DNA of 60,375 nucleotides, counting the filler, from Fonticula-like sp. SCN 57-25 (Eukaryota), in NCBI GenBank assembly GCA_001724245.1. It is 6 parts of 6 records of this genome, joined end to end, with 100 filler letters (N's around TTAATTAATTAA, not from the genome) between each part and the next. Parts side by side here need not be neighbours in the genome. Positions count along the whole stretch, not along the records: positions 1 to 9,274 come from MEDX01000259.1; positions 9,375 to 19,380 come from MEDX01000261.1; 4 more parts are not named here. One strand, written 5' to 3'. The position numbers were made by a program, and so were the translations under genes. Under the pieces are notes generated by a model that ran no database searches, had not been told where the DNA came from, and saw only the letters and a program-made list of their open reading frames with translations. This document shows positions 1 through 10,141 of the stretch, in pieces. Numbering within the stretch: the first letter of the stretch is position 1; each line of letters starts with the position of its first letter.

Positions 1-1776
1 CACGACTCGCACCGCATCGCGCAAGTGCTCGTCAACCTCATATCAAACGCGTTCAAGTTTACTGCTCGCCGCGACATCCGCAGAGTCACGCTGAGCGTCA
101 CTGTCACGCCAACAACGCGCGAGGAGGCGACGGCGGCGGCAGCGGAGCACGGCTTTTCGCCTTCGAATACTATGCAGGGATCACCATTGGCCGAGCGGCG
201 CACGCCAGCTCAGCCGCTTTCCACGGCGAACACGACGCTGACTTTGGCGGGAAAAGGCGTGGCGACCGGGCGAGGCGCGCCACGTTCATGGACAGGCTCG
301 CCCGCCCCGCGTTCATTGGCTGGCTCACCTTTGCCGCGATCGTGGACTGGCTCGCCTGTGCGCTCATTGGCTGCTTCGCCTCTTTCGCGCTCAAGGGCCG
401 CTTCTCCTGCTTTGCGCTCAATGGCCGCTTCTCCTGCGCGCTCATTGGCTGCTTCTCCTGCGCGCCTTTCTGCGGACCCGAGCGTGCGCGTGGCCGACAT
501 GGCGCGCCCGCCTTCCCATCCTGGCCCCCCCGGCCCACTTGTCCTCGTGGCATTCAGTGTTGCCGACACCGGCATTGGCGTCGATGACGACACGCGCTGC
601 GCCTTTAACCGCCCCTTTACCGGCTCCACCTCCAAAACATACGGCTCGTACGGCGGGTCAGGCATTGGCCTTGCCATTTGCCGCGCACTGACCGAAGCAC
701 TTGGCGGCTTTATTGTCATTGAAAGCGAGCTCGGCGTCGGAAGTTGCTTTACTTTCAGTGTGCCATGCGTGCTGCTCGGCGACAAGGACTCTGAAGTGGT
801 CGACGCGGAAATGTTTGGGACAATGCGGCGCCCCGCGGCGCTGCACACTGATTCGCCGAGCATGCTCAATGAGGATGACGTGTATGATGACGCGGATCAG
901 GGCGATGACGTACTTTTTAGGTTTGCGTCAACGTCGTCGTCGCAGCTCGTCGACAGCGAAGGCGACTCGTCAGAGTCGTCGGGGTCGGGGGCGGCGCCAA
1001 GTGACGCTGATACCGGAACAACTGGAAGTACTTTTACAACTGGAAGTATTTTAACGACTGGAAGTGGTTCAGGAAGTGCTTTGGGAATGAGTGAGACAGA
1101 GGACAAGGAAGGCGCGCGCGTTGGCGGGAAACGCCGCAGCGTCGACTCTTTAGCCAGCGCCGATTCTGCCGGCCCAATCAGCGACGACGATTCCTCTGAG
1201 CAACCAATCAGCGCCGCCCCCTTTGGCGTGCCCGCCGCCCTCGGCATCATTGCAACCTCCCGTGGACCGCCCGACCTTCCCGCCAGCAGCAGCGCAGACG
1301 TTCCCGCCAAAAGCACCCCTGTCAGCAGCAGTGTGGGCAGCCCTGCCAGCAGCCACAAGTACCGCGTGCTCGTCGCCGAGGACAATGACATTAACCGCCT
1401 CGTGCTCAAGAAGCAGTTTGAGTCTGCCCCTGGCCACCCTTTCACCGTATTGGTCGCCGTCAACGGCCAAGAAGCGGTCGATCAGTTTGTAACCGCCGCC
1501 GACTCTGGCACGCCCATTGACGTCATCATTATGGATGTTGAAATGCCCGTCATGAACGGCCTCGTGGCCACCGAGCGCATACGGAGCATTGAGGCGGAGC
1601 GTCACGTGACGAGGCGTGTTGTTGTTGTGGGGCTGTCGGGGAATGCGCGATCGGCGCAGATTGACCAGGCGAGGGCGGCGGGGATGGACGACTATTTGGC
1701 AAAGCCGTGTAGGCAGCCGGCGCTGCTTGCGTGTATTTACGCGCAGATAAAGAAAAGGGACGAGGAAAGGTCATGA
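1..1776 (+). CDS. Hybrid histidine kinase, C-terminal part (HATPase_c + receiver domain); 5' truncated
   Basis: N box QVLVNLISNAFKFT, G1 SVADTGIG, G2 YGGSGIGLAIC, ESELGVGSCFTF. Receiver domain VLVAEDNDIN...IIMDVEMPVMNG...AGMDDYLAKP. Stop TGA at 1774-1776. Confidence 0.95.
   Translation, partial: HDSHRIAQVLVNLISNAFKFTARRDIRRVTLSVTVTPTTREEATAAAAEHGFSPSNTMQGSPLAERRTPAQPLSTANTTLTLAGKGVATGRGAPRSWTGSPAPRSLAGSPLPRSWTGSPVRSLAASPLSRSRAASPALRSMAASPARSLAASPARLSADPSVRVADMARPPSHPGPPGPLVLVAFSVADTGIGVDDDTRCAFNRPFTGSTSKTYGSYGGSGIGLAICRALTEALGGFIVIESELGVGSCFTFSVPCVLLGDKDSEVVDAEMFGTMRRPAALHTDSPSMLNEDDVYDDADQGDDVLFRFASTSSSQLVDSEGDSSESSGSGAAPSDADTGTTGSTFTTGSILTTGSGSGSALGMSETEDKEGARVGGKRRSVDSLASADSAGPISDDDSSEQPISAAPFGVPAALGIIATSRGPPDLPASSSADVPAKSTPVSSSVGSPASSHKYRVLVAEDNDINRLVLKKQFESAPGHPFTVLVAVNGQEAVDQFVTAADSGTPIDVIIMDVEMPVMNGLVATERIRSIEAERHVTRRVVVVGLSGNARSAQIDQARAAGMDDYLAKPCRQPALLACIYAQIKKRDEERS
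283..486 (+). repeat. Coding tandem repeat, ~8 copies of 24-27 nt (RSxxxSP) inside the HATPase domain
   Basis: RSWTGSPAP/RSLAGSPLP/RSWTGSPV/RSLAASPLS/RSRAASPAL/RSMAASPA/RSLAASPA/RLSADPSV; DNA unit resembles cgctcattggctgcttctcct. Confidence 0.85.
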
Positions 1777-2105
1777 AAATGACTGAGAATTGTTGTGGAT
1801 TGTTGGGTATTGTTGGGGATTTTGTATGGGAAATGTATCATTTTTGAAGGTTTTGTGTATTTGATTCCAAAGATGTCACGCTTGATTGCGTGAGATATTG
1901 TATGAATGCCTATATGAATTGATCAATATAATCTTACATATTTTGATATACTTATGATTTCGGTTATGAAAGGCACACTGTTGTCAATCATAGATCCATT
2001 GAAGCGTTCAATCATATTTATCTTATGGACAAACTATGTACACCGAACAAAGACCCGAAAACCCGCAAACTGCAAACCGCCCAACGCAAACTGCAAACTG
2101 ACCGC

Positions 2106-3562
2106 CTACTTGCGCGAGCGGCGCTTCTCATTCGGGTTCTTCCTTCCGTGCCCGATCTTGACGCCCTGGCTCTGCGCCGCGCGCATCTGCTGCTTGGCGC
2201 GCGTCGACTCTCTCGTGTTCATCGGCATGTCATATTCGACATCAAACACGTCAACAGACTATTTTTGGTGTGTCAGCACACTCGCTCGACCAATAAAAAG
2301 AGATAAAATTGTACCTTTTGCTCCTTTTGCGCCATCCGAACCGCCTTTTGGTACTCTTTCTGGTCCTCGCGCAGCACCAAATTCTGCGTGTGCTTTCCGC
2401 CCTGCTGATCCGGAATCGCAAACTAAAAAATCACGTGAGCATACACATCATCATTGCAAACCCTTCAGTTTGCACACTGCAAACTGCCCCTTGCGCACCT
2501 TTGTGCCTCGCAGCCTGTACTGAAAGTTTTGCTTGAGGTGCAGCTTGAGCTGCCCGTCGGCCCCGACACTCACCGACGTCTTGATCAATGTCGCATTCCC
2601 GCACGACGGGCAAAAGTGCTTTGACATGTCGGCCGTCCATTTAAAGCACGCGTGGCACCTGAGCACGTACGAGCGCGCCTCCGTAATGCGCTTGCCGTCG
2701 CTCGTCTGCACCGTGATGCCCATCTGGAGCAGCACGTTTTGCATAGCAAAGTCGGATGTGATGCACGCCACTTTGGTGCTCGGGGTGGCGGCGGCGGCGG
2801 CGTCGGTCACGCCCGCGTTCATGTGGTCGCGGCGGGCGGCCTGGACGGACTTGGGGGTGATCCAGCCGGCGCTGTCGTCGTCCTCTTCGACGGCCTTGGA
2901 GTCGTCCTGCTCGGCGTCGGCGTCGGGCATGTAAAAGCCGGGGAGCGAGGGGCCGGTGACGGGGGGGGTGGAGGAGGAGGAGGCGGCGGCGGTGGCAGAG
3001 GGGGGGCCGGCGCCGATCACGGTCGTGGGCTGAGGAAAGCGTGTCAGAAACGGCAGAAGAAGAAGTGGCACAGATTCATGGTGAATCATGACAAAAAGCA
3101 ATAAAAATAGACAATCTCATGCACAGTATATACACAAATACACTACAACGTACGCGAGTGGGGGTGGCGCGAAGATGCTCCACTGATCCCGCGACTTCCT
3201 TCTCCATCATGTAGGTCAGCGCGAGGACGAGCAGATCGGGCTTGGAGAGCGAGGGGAGATCACCCGTCGCCTTGGCAAACGCAGTCACTGTCAACAGCAT
3301 TCAGCAACTCCGCCATTATCAAAGGAAAGCGAAAAGCACACGCACCATGAGCAAGCGCCTCGGCCGACGGCACGCGGGCGGGGATCTCGACAGGGGCGAT
3401 CTGGAGCATGCGGCGCGCCGTTTCGCTGCGCACTTCGGCGATCACCTCGGGGACGGTCATGAGACGATCGGCGCGCTCACCGAGCTTGAGCGCCTGGTCC
3501 GAAAGGAGCGCATTCGTGTCGACAATGAGCACCTCGGGGCGGTACGTATCGGCGGACGCCAT
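2106..3562 (-). CDS. NOB1: 20S pre-rRNA endonuclease NOB1 (PIN domain + zinc ribbon), 5 exons
   Basis: LIVDTNA PIN start, FAKATGDLPSLSKPDLLVLALTY, GWITP, ACITSDFAMQNVLLQMG, RCHACF...FCPSCGN, C-terminal GRKNPN. GT-AG introns (e.g. 3288-3345, 3030-3153) join the frames. Confidence 0.96.
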
Positions 3563-3645
3563 CGCTGCAGTGCCACGTGAGGCAAGTCGGTGACTGATTT
3601 GCTGACTGATTTCAGCTGATTCTCTGATTTGACGGCAGCGCGGGC

Positions 3646-4007
3646 ATGGACCGCCGGCAAGTGCAGACGCTTTCGAGACCGGTACGCTGTGTCACCTGCT
3701 TTGGTGGCAGCGCAACGTTTAACTAACGCTTGATATTGTCTTTTTGTGGCGATAGGGCGCGGTAGGGAGAGTCCCGCGTCAGACGCATGACGTGATTGCA
3801 AAGCCCGAATCCCACTCGGAGCCCGAGACGAGCTACTGGACGCTCATCTCGCGGTACATCCTGTGGCCGTTTGTGCAGGGCGTCATGCTGGGGCTTGGGC
3901 AGTACGGCACGCGCTACTTTTTGGCGTACGTTGTGCGGAGAAAGGAGCCGGTCCTGCCGGCCATCGCGTACGACTGGCGCGACAATGCCGAGCAAGGCCG
4001 CGTATGA
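3646..4007 (+). CDS. Small single-TM protein resembling mitochondrial import factor Mim1/Tom13, 2 exons (3646-3681, 3756-4007)
   Basis: Intron gtacgc...ctaac...gatag joins the exons in frame. ILWPFVQGVMLGLGQ resembles the Mim1 core (I/L)xLPFxNGxMLGFGE as I recall it. Confidence 0.6.
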
Positions 4008-4387
4008 ACAGTGATCTTTTTCTAGACGTCGGGCGCCTACCAATTCTTATTGATATTGTCAAATATATTTAATGTACAGTGTATTTGAGCGTACATTTGT
4101 TTTAGTGCTGGTTTGATACCTGCTCTCCTTGAGCGAGATCACTCGCCCCTGCATCCCATATATGGATGATAAAGGGGCCAGAATCATCTCGCTGGCCACT
4201 GAGGCGCAGCATCGCCCCTTTCTACGAAATTTTCTGCTTCCTTTCCCCGCAGAGATGAGCCAACAATTACCCGTTTTAATGAAAAGGGACTTTTCTGCCT
4301 CGTCTTGAATCGTCTCCCGCCACAGTCGGCACACATCCGCTCTTCCCTCTCTTCCGCATCGGCATCAGCCACAAAGCAGAAAAAAGC

Positions 4388-5220
4388 ATGGCCCCGCGTA
4401 AACTGTTATTCCCTGTTGACCGCTCCGACGAGGCGATGCGCGCGCTCGAGTGGGGCCTGGCCAACTTTGCCCGCGTCGGCGACACTGCGATGCTGCTGTC
4501 GGTCATTCAGCCCGCGGCATCGTTCCCGATCGCACCCGACGGTATGCACCTAAGTATGCAATGCATTATTACGTAGACTAGGTGATGTGTTGTTGTTGTA
4601 TTAATGCATTATTATGGTGTATTTTTGCCTGTTTCGGTACTGTGCTTCAATTATGCTTGTTGATATTCCCAGATTGCAAACATGATTGCAGTGATTTGAT
4701 GCAGATTTGGCAACAAATTAGCTCAAATATTCGTTTCTATGCCCCAAATTACACTTAACTAACCCTTTTAATAGTCAGCATGTCCACCATGTACTCGCAA
4801 ATCAACGAAAACAACGAGCAGGACGGCCGCAGGCTGCTCGCCGAGTGCGAGGAAATCGCCAAAAAGCACGATGTACGCACATTTCCCCTCACTTTCCCGC
4901 CACTCACGTGACCCGGCTCACGTGACTCGCAGGTCAACGTAGAAAAGCGCCTCTTCAAGGGCTTCCCCACTGACGTCATCCCAATGGTCGCCGACGACGA
5001 GCAGGTCGACTGCATCGTGATTGGCTCGCACCCGTACGGCACCGTCAAACGGTACGTTCATTGGATAAAAGTGGTTAGAAAGATGTGCTAAAAATAGAAA
5101 TGTGGTGTTTAAAGGTTCTTTGTGGGAAGTATCAGTGATACTGTTGTGCACAGCTGCTCGTGCCCGATTATTGTGGTCAAGCCGAGCGCGGTGGCGGAGG
5201 CGGCGGCGGGTAAGGCGTGA
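4388..5220 (+). CDS. Universal stress protein (USP/UspA domain), 4 exons
   Basis: RKLLFPVDRSDEAMRALEW; DCIVIGSHPYGTVKRFFVGSISDTVVHSCSCPIIVVK; stop TGA at 5218-5220. Confidence 0.92.
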
Positions 5221-5834
5221 AGGGGATTTGGCGGGAAAGTAGTAGGTTTGGGCTAGTTTGTCGCAATGAGCAGTTTAGATATTGGAAATATGTTCAAGAA
5301 ATATATGCAAAAGGTTACAGTATATTTACGTCAAGGGAATAGGCTTGTTTGCATCAGAGTGGCCGTTTTGCATTGGGAAGATACGAGATAGATAGGAAGA
5401 AATCGCTCAGATCAGAGATTTGATCTATCATTGGATAACAAGATACGCTAAAAAATGTCCCTTCTTGCTACTATAAGTGCTAAATGTGCTAAAATCCAAT
5501 ATTGCGTAAAAATTGATATTATCAACATCTAGAACACCAACAAGGTTTCATTAGAGAGATCAGAGTCATATTCTGGTATGTTCAAAAGTGAAAGAGGGAT
5601 TTTTTAAAATTTTTGGTCCCCTTTTCATACTTTTTTAGCATCAGCAAATGCGCCGTATTTTTCTCATTTATTCTCTTTAATAGCGCATTATTAGACCACC
5701 GCCTTCATATGCTTCTCTATTTACCTTTTGAAAAATAGCCCGTAAATCGCATGCAAACTTGCCAGTTTGCATCATATTGCGTCACATCCGACCATCACCG
5801 CCACGGCGCCCTTGTCCCCATTGCGCCTACCGTG

Positions 5835-8800
5835 ATGCGTCTTCCGCGCCTCACAAGCGCTCTCCGCGGCTCCGAAGGCGCTGGCGGCGACGTCCAGCGC
5901 GCCTGCATCCACAATCTTCGCCTTCTCGAGAAGCGCCGCGATGCGCCAATCCCATCCTCCTCTGCCTCGCCATCCCTTTGGCGGGAAGTCGTCCGGCTCG
6001 AGCAGTCGGCTGATGCGTCCCTGCGTGATGCCGGGCGTCTTTTCATTAGCACTGTGCGGCAGGTCGTCGGCGAGGAGAGCTCGGCGGGTGAGTACAGCGA
6101 CACGCTGACGCGCATGCTCGAGGCCATTGCATCTTGTACGCGACATGGGACCCGTGGGATCATGTCGCCTTTCGTGTCGTCTTTCGTGTCATTTGAAGTA
6201 ATTTAATAGTCTTTTTTAGTATTATTTTCACTATTGTTTATGCTTTTTTTTCACTTTTCACTTGACTAACACATACCATCTTCAGCAAAATGGGATGATA
6301 ATCTTGTCGAGCTTGAGGCATCCTACGGCCGCCTTGATGCCGACATCATCAACACCCTCCTCACCCACGGCGCCATCATCGCCTCCGCCCTCTCAACCCT
6401 AATTGCGCGCGCAGCCGACAAGGAAGTTTCGTCGCACGCCGAGTTTGGCTCTGACATTTTTCTGGATGATCTCGCCGCGGAGGATGCTGACACGGACGAG
6501 GAGATCGAGCAGTGTGGCATCAATGATCGCGACGTACGTATTGGAGTATTTGGGGTAGTGAAAGGGAACATATGAAAGGGAATATGTGTGTCCACGTGGT
6601 GGTACACATGGGATGTCGTGTGTCATCTCATGCGTGTCATCTGATGTGTGCCGAAAAGCATCATGTCTATGTGTTCATGATATTTTATTCGTACATGTGC
6701 CACTGTAGTATCATGTTAATATGGCATAAAACTATCATATATCTACATTGATATGTCATGACAATAAGCATTTACTTTATATGACATGAAAGTATCATAT
6801 ATCTATTTGATACTCTTTCTCATTGCCAACTATCTTTCCCTTCTCTTACTCTACTGACAATCTTTCTTTTTTTTCTTTCAGCGTTCTCGCCTCCTATTGG
6901 CCGACTTTGAACACCTCTCTTTATCATCCACGTCATCCTCCTACATTGACAACACGTGGCTCAAGCGCGAATGCGCCACCTTCCTCGCCACTTCCCCCCA
7001 AACCGCCGCCTCCTTCTCCCACCTCGACCTCACAATCACACTTTTCGAACTCCTTTCCTCATCACGTGACTCAAATTCCCTCCAATCAGATCTCGCCGAT
7101 CTCCTCGGCCCGCATTCCTTTGACTTTATCGCGCTGCTTCTGCTGCGCCGCGCCGACTTTATCGCCGCGTTGGCGCCTTTTTTGGCAGACGCAGAAGCAG
7201 AAACCGCGTCCGATCTCGCCGATCTCGGCCACGTGGCCGGTAAGCGATCGTCTCCCCAATATGGTCCTCAAGTTGTGATTACGACGGAAAAGGAAAAGAG
7301 GCTGGCAAAGCAGCTGAGAAAGGAGGAGAAAAGGGCGGGAAAAAGGGCGGGAGCGACGCTGATTGGTGGAAGTGGAGCAAAGGTGAGTGCTGTGAAGCGG
7401 GCATTAGGGTTTGGTGATGAGGATGAGGTGAAGATGAGGAGGGAGGAAATGGAGGCGGCGAAGAGGGAGGCGCTGTTTAAGAGGGTGGGGGACGTAGAGG
7501 AGGAAAAGTATCCAAACGTACGAAGGGAAAAGAAAAGAAGGAAAGGGAAAGGAAAGGGAAAAAAGGAAGGAAAGTATGTTATTATATATATTGTATACTT
7601 CTTTATTGTGTATGTATATTGTGTATGTTTATGGGGTTATATGGTATGATAATGAATGTTTATGGTGATTACATGTATGTTTATTTATGGAATGTGTCAT
7701 TTGTGTGTGTGTGTATGGTGAATATTGTGTATGTATGGCCATGCGTCTCCTGTACTTATTGATATATTTATAATGTATTGCTTGTCTCTACTTCTTCATG
7801 CCCACTCATCACGTGACCCATTTTCTCCCTAGGTATACACATCGGCTGCCACCGCCACTGTGCCCATGTTTGGCGGTCAGTTCATGCTCCCCCTTGGCAC
7901 CAAGCGCACAACCGATCACCGCGGCGAAACGATCACACTCCCACCAACAGTGTACGCCACTTTTACCATATTACGCCATGTTCACATTGTACCCATAGGC
8001 CCTATGTGAACAATGACCGCCCATTGGTGGATCTTGAGCAGTTCGACCCGTTTGCGCGTAATGGTACGCACACGATTGCCCAATTTGAATTCGCTCTTCC
8101 TAAAAAGGCAAATTAATTTATTTTACTCTTCCTTTTATAGCATTCCCTGGCTACAAATCGCTCAATCGCCTCCAATCATATGTCTTCCCGATCGGCTACG
8201 GCACCAATGAAAACATGCTTGTTTCCGCCCCCACGGGCGCCGGCAAAACGGACGTTGCCATGATGACTGTTTTGAGAGAACTGAAAAATCACGTGATTGA
8301 ACACGTGACCGGTGATAAGGTGACATATTCACTTGATAAGAGTGATAATGCCTCGCTCTTCAAGATTGTCTATGTGGCCCCAATGAAGGCACTTGCGGCT
8401 GAAGTAGTTGCTAAATTTAGTAAGCGATTGGCTTATTTGGGTGTTGTTGTGCGTGAACTCACGGGTGACATGCAGCTCACAAGGGTACGATAGGGAAAAT
8501 GATAGGAAGAGAAGGGAAAGTGATAGGGTTAGTAGGGTTAGATAGGGATAGTAGGGTTATTTTGATTCATGATTGGATGGTTATTTTGGTTCATATTGGT
8601 TCATATTGTTTCATTCATGTTCATGTTCATGTTACATGGTTCATATTAGTTTATACATGTTCATGGTTCATGGTCCATATTGAATCATATTGATTCATGG
8701 TTCATGGTTCATGGTCCATATTAGTTCATACATGTTCATTCATGTTCATGGTTCATTGATTCATATTAGTTCATGCATGTTCATATTCATTCATACATGT

Positions 8801-9274
8801 TCATGGTTCATATTCAATCATGTTCATGTTTCATGGTCCATATTGATTCATATTATTATACTTTATTTCATGACCATATTCCTGTTCCACTCACTTTCTT
8901 ACTTTCTTCTCTTTCCCTTCTTCCTCCTAGACTGAATTATCCGAAACCCACGTGATCGTGACCACCCCCGAAAAATGGGACGTCATCACGCGCAAATCCA
9001 CCAACGCCACCTCCTTATCTCACCAAGTCAAGTTACTAATAATAGACGAAGTCCACCTCCTCAACGACGACCGCGGCCCAGTCATAGAAACCCTCGTCGC
9101 ACGCACACTCCGCCAAGTCGAATCCACCCAATCAATGATCCGCATTATCGGACTATCCGCCACCCTTCCCAATTATGTTGACGTGGCAATATTCCTAAAA
9201 GTGAATTTAAAAATAGGTTTGTTTTACTTTGATGGCGGTTTCAGACCAGTTCCATTAAAGCAGGAATTTGTTGG
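5835..9274 (+). CDS. ASCC3: Ski2-like DExH helicase ASCC3/Slh1, N-terminal part; truncated by contig end
   Basis: N-terminus [11 protein letters not shown] resembles ASCC3. Motifs [85 protein letters not shown]. Confidence 0.93.
8560..8880. repeat. Degenerate intronic microsatellite (TTCATG/GTTCAT/TTCATA units)
   Basis: Many near-tandem copies such as gttcatggttcatggtccatatt inside an ASCC3 intron. Confidence 0.85.
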
Positions 9275-9374
9275 NNNNNNNNNNNNNNNNNNNNNNNNNN
9301 NNNNNNNNNNNNNNNNNNTTAATTAATTAANNNNNNNNNNNNNNNNNNNNNNNNNNNNNNNNNNNNNNNNNNNN
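9275..9374. other. Artificial contig linker
   Basis: N44-TTAATTAATTAA-N44, giving stops in all six frames; identical at five positions. Confidence 0.99.
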
Positions 9375-9911
9375 CCACCCCCTTGCAATGACGCTGACGA
9401 TGATCCCAGTGGTTCACAGCCATCACCGGCGTCGCCGCCACGCGGGCCGTTGCGTGGCACGTCCTCTGTATTATATTCCAATTCGCCTTTGCCATGCACC
9501 TCACTGTGGCAAAGCTGTACGGCCCTCTGCTGTGCATCACGCGTACTCACTCTGCGCAGGTACCTCATCGTGACCAAGCCTCAGCGGGACGCGATCGCGC
9601 GCCCATGGGCCGCGCGGGTCGTCGCCCTGCACTTTTTCCCGCTGCTTCTCCTGTTCCTGCTTGCCTCCTACTACCTCGTAGAAGGTGACAGGAGTCCCGT
9701 ACGCCATCACGCTTTTGGATTCCCTTTGCTCACGATCTGCAGTGGCTGCGCGACCTTCCAAAGGAGACGGCACTCTACATCGACGCGGCTCTCTTCGCCA
9801 CCTCATCTTTGCTGTCCGCGCTCCGCCTCCACGGCTTTTTTGAGCGTCGCGCCGCGCCCAAGCCCACGGCCGCGCCCAAGTCAAAGACAAAGTAAACGTA
9901 GTATTCAGTGA
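9375..9911 (+). CDS. 3' fragment of an unidentified membrane protein; last-exon frame ambiguous (stop at 9895 or 9911)
   Basis: Hydrophobic exon segments (VAWHVLCIIFQFAFAMHLTVAKL; VVALHFFPLLLLFLLASYYL) separated by short GT-AG introns. Confidence 0.45.
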   Translation, partial: PPPCNDADDDPSGSQPSPASPPRGPLRGTSSVLYSNSPLPCTSLWQSCTALCCASRVLTLRRYLIVTKPQRDAIARPWAARVVALHFFPLLLLFLLASYYLVEGDRSPVRHHAFGFPLLTICSGCATFQRRRHSTSTRLSSPPHLCCPRSASTAFLSVAPRPSPRPRPSQRQSKRSIQ

Positions 9912-10141
9912 TGATCTTTTATATTCTCTTTATACAATCAGTGTAGTTTTCGTATATCTTTCCTCTCTCCCGCCAAAACAGCACCAACAGTTATCAACAA
10001 GTATGAAGCAAAAAGCAAAAACGACCATAAGAAGAGCAAAAGAAGAGCAAAAATAATCGTAGAATCGCCGCCGTTCGCGTTAACATGCTGATAAATTTCC
10101 CCTTTTTCGCGCCTCCAGCTGCNGCTGCGACATTTACGCCG

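Noticed and set aside
4132..4193. SECIS element reading of the hairpin (AUGA...UGA on the minus strand)
   Set aside because: It lacks the apical AA and the lower internal loop, and no minus-strand gene has it in a 3' UTR.
4225..4255. SRP helix-8-like GGAAGCAG on the minus strand
   Set aside because: No CAGG or GNRA stem partner; on the plus strand it reads as a polypyrimidine tract plus CAG.
9275..9374. Repeated TTAATTAATTAA palindrome flanked by Ns (five copies)
   Set aside because: Identical 100-nt six-frame-stop linker used to concatenate contigs; not biological.
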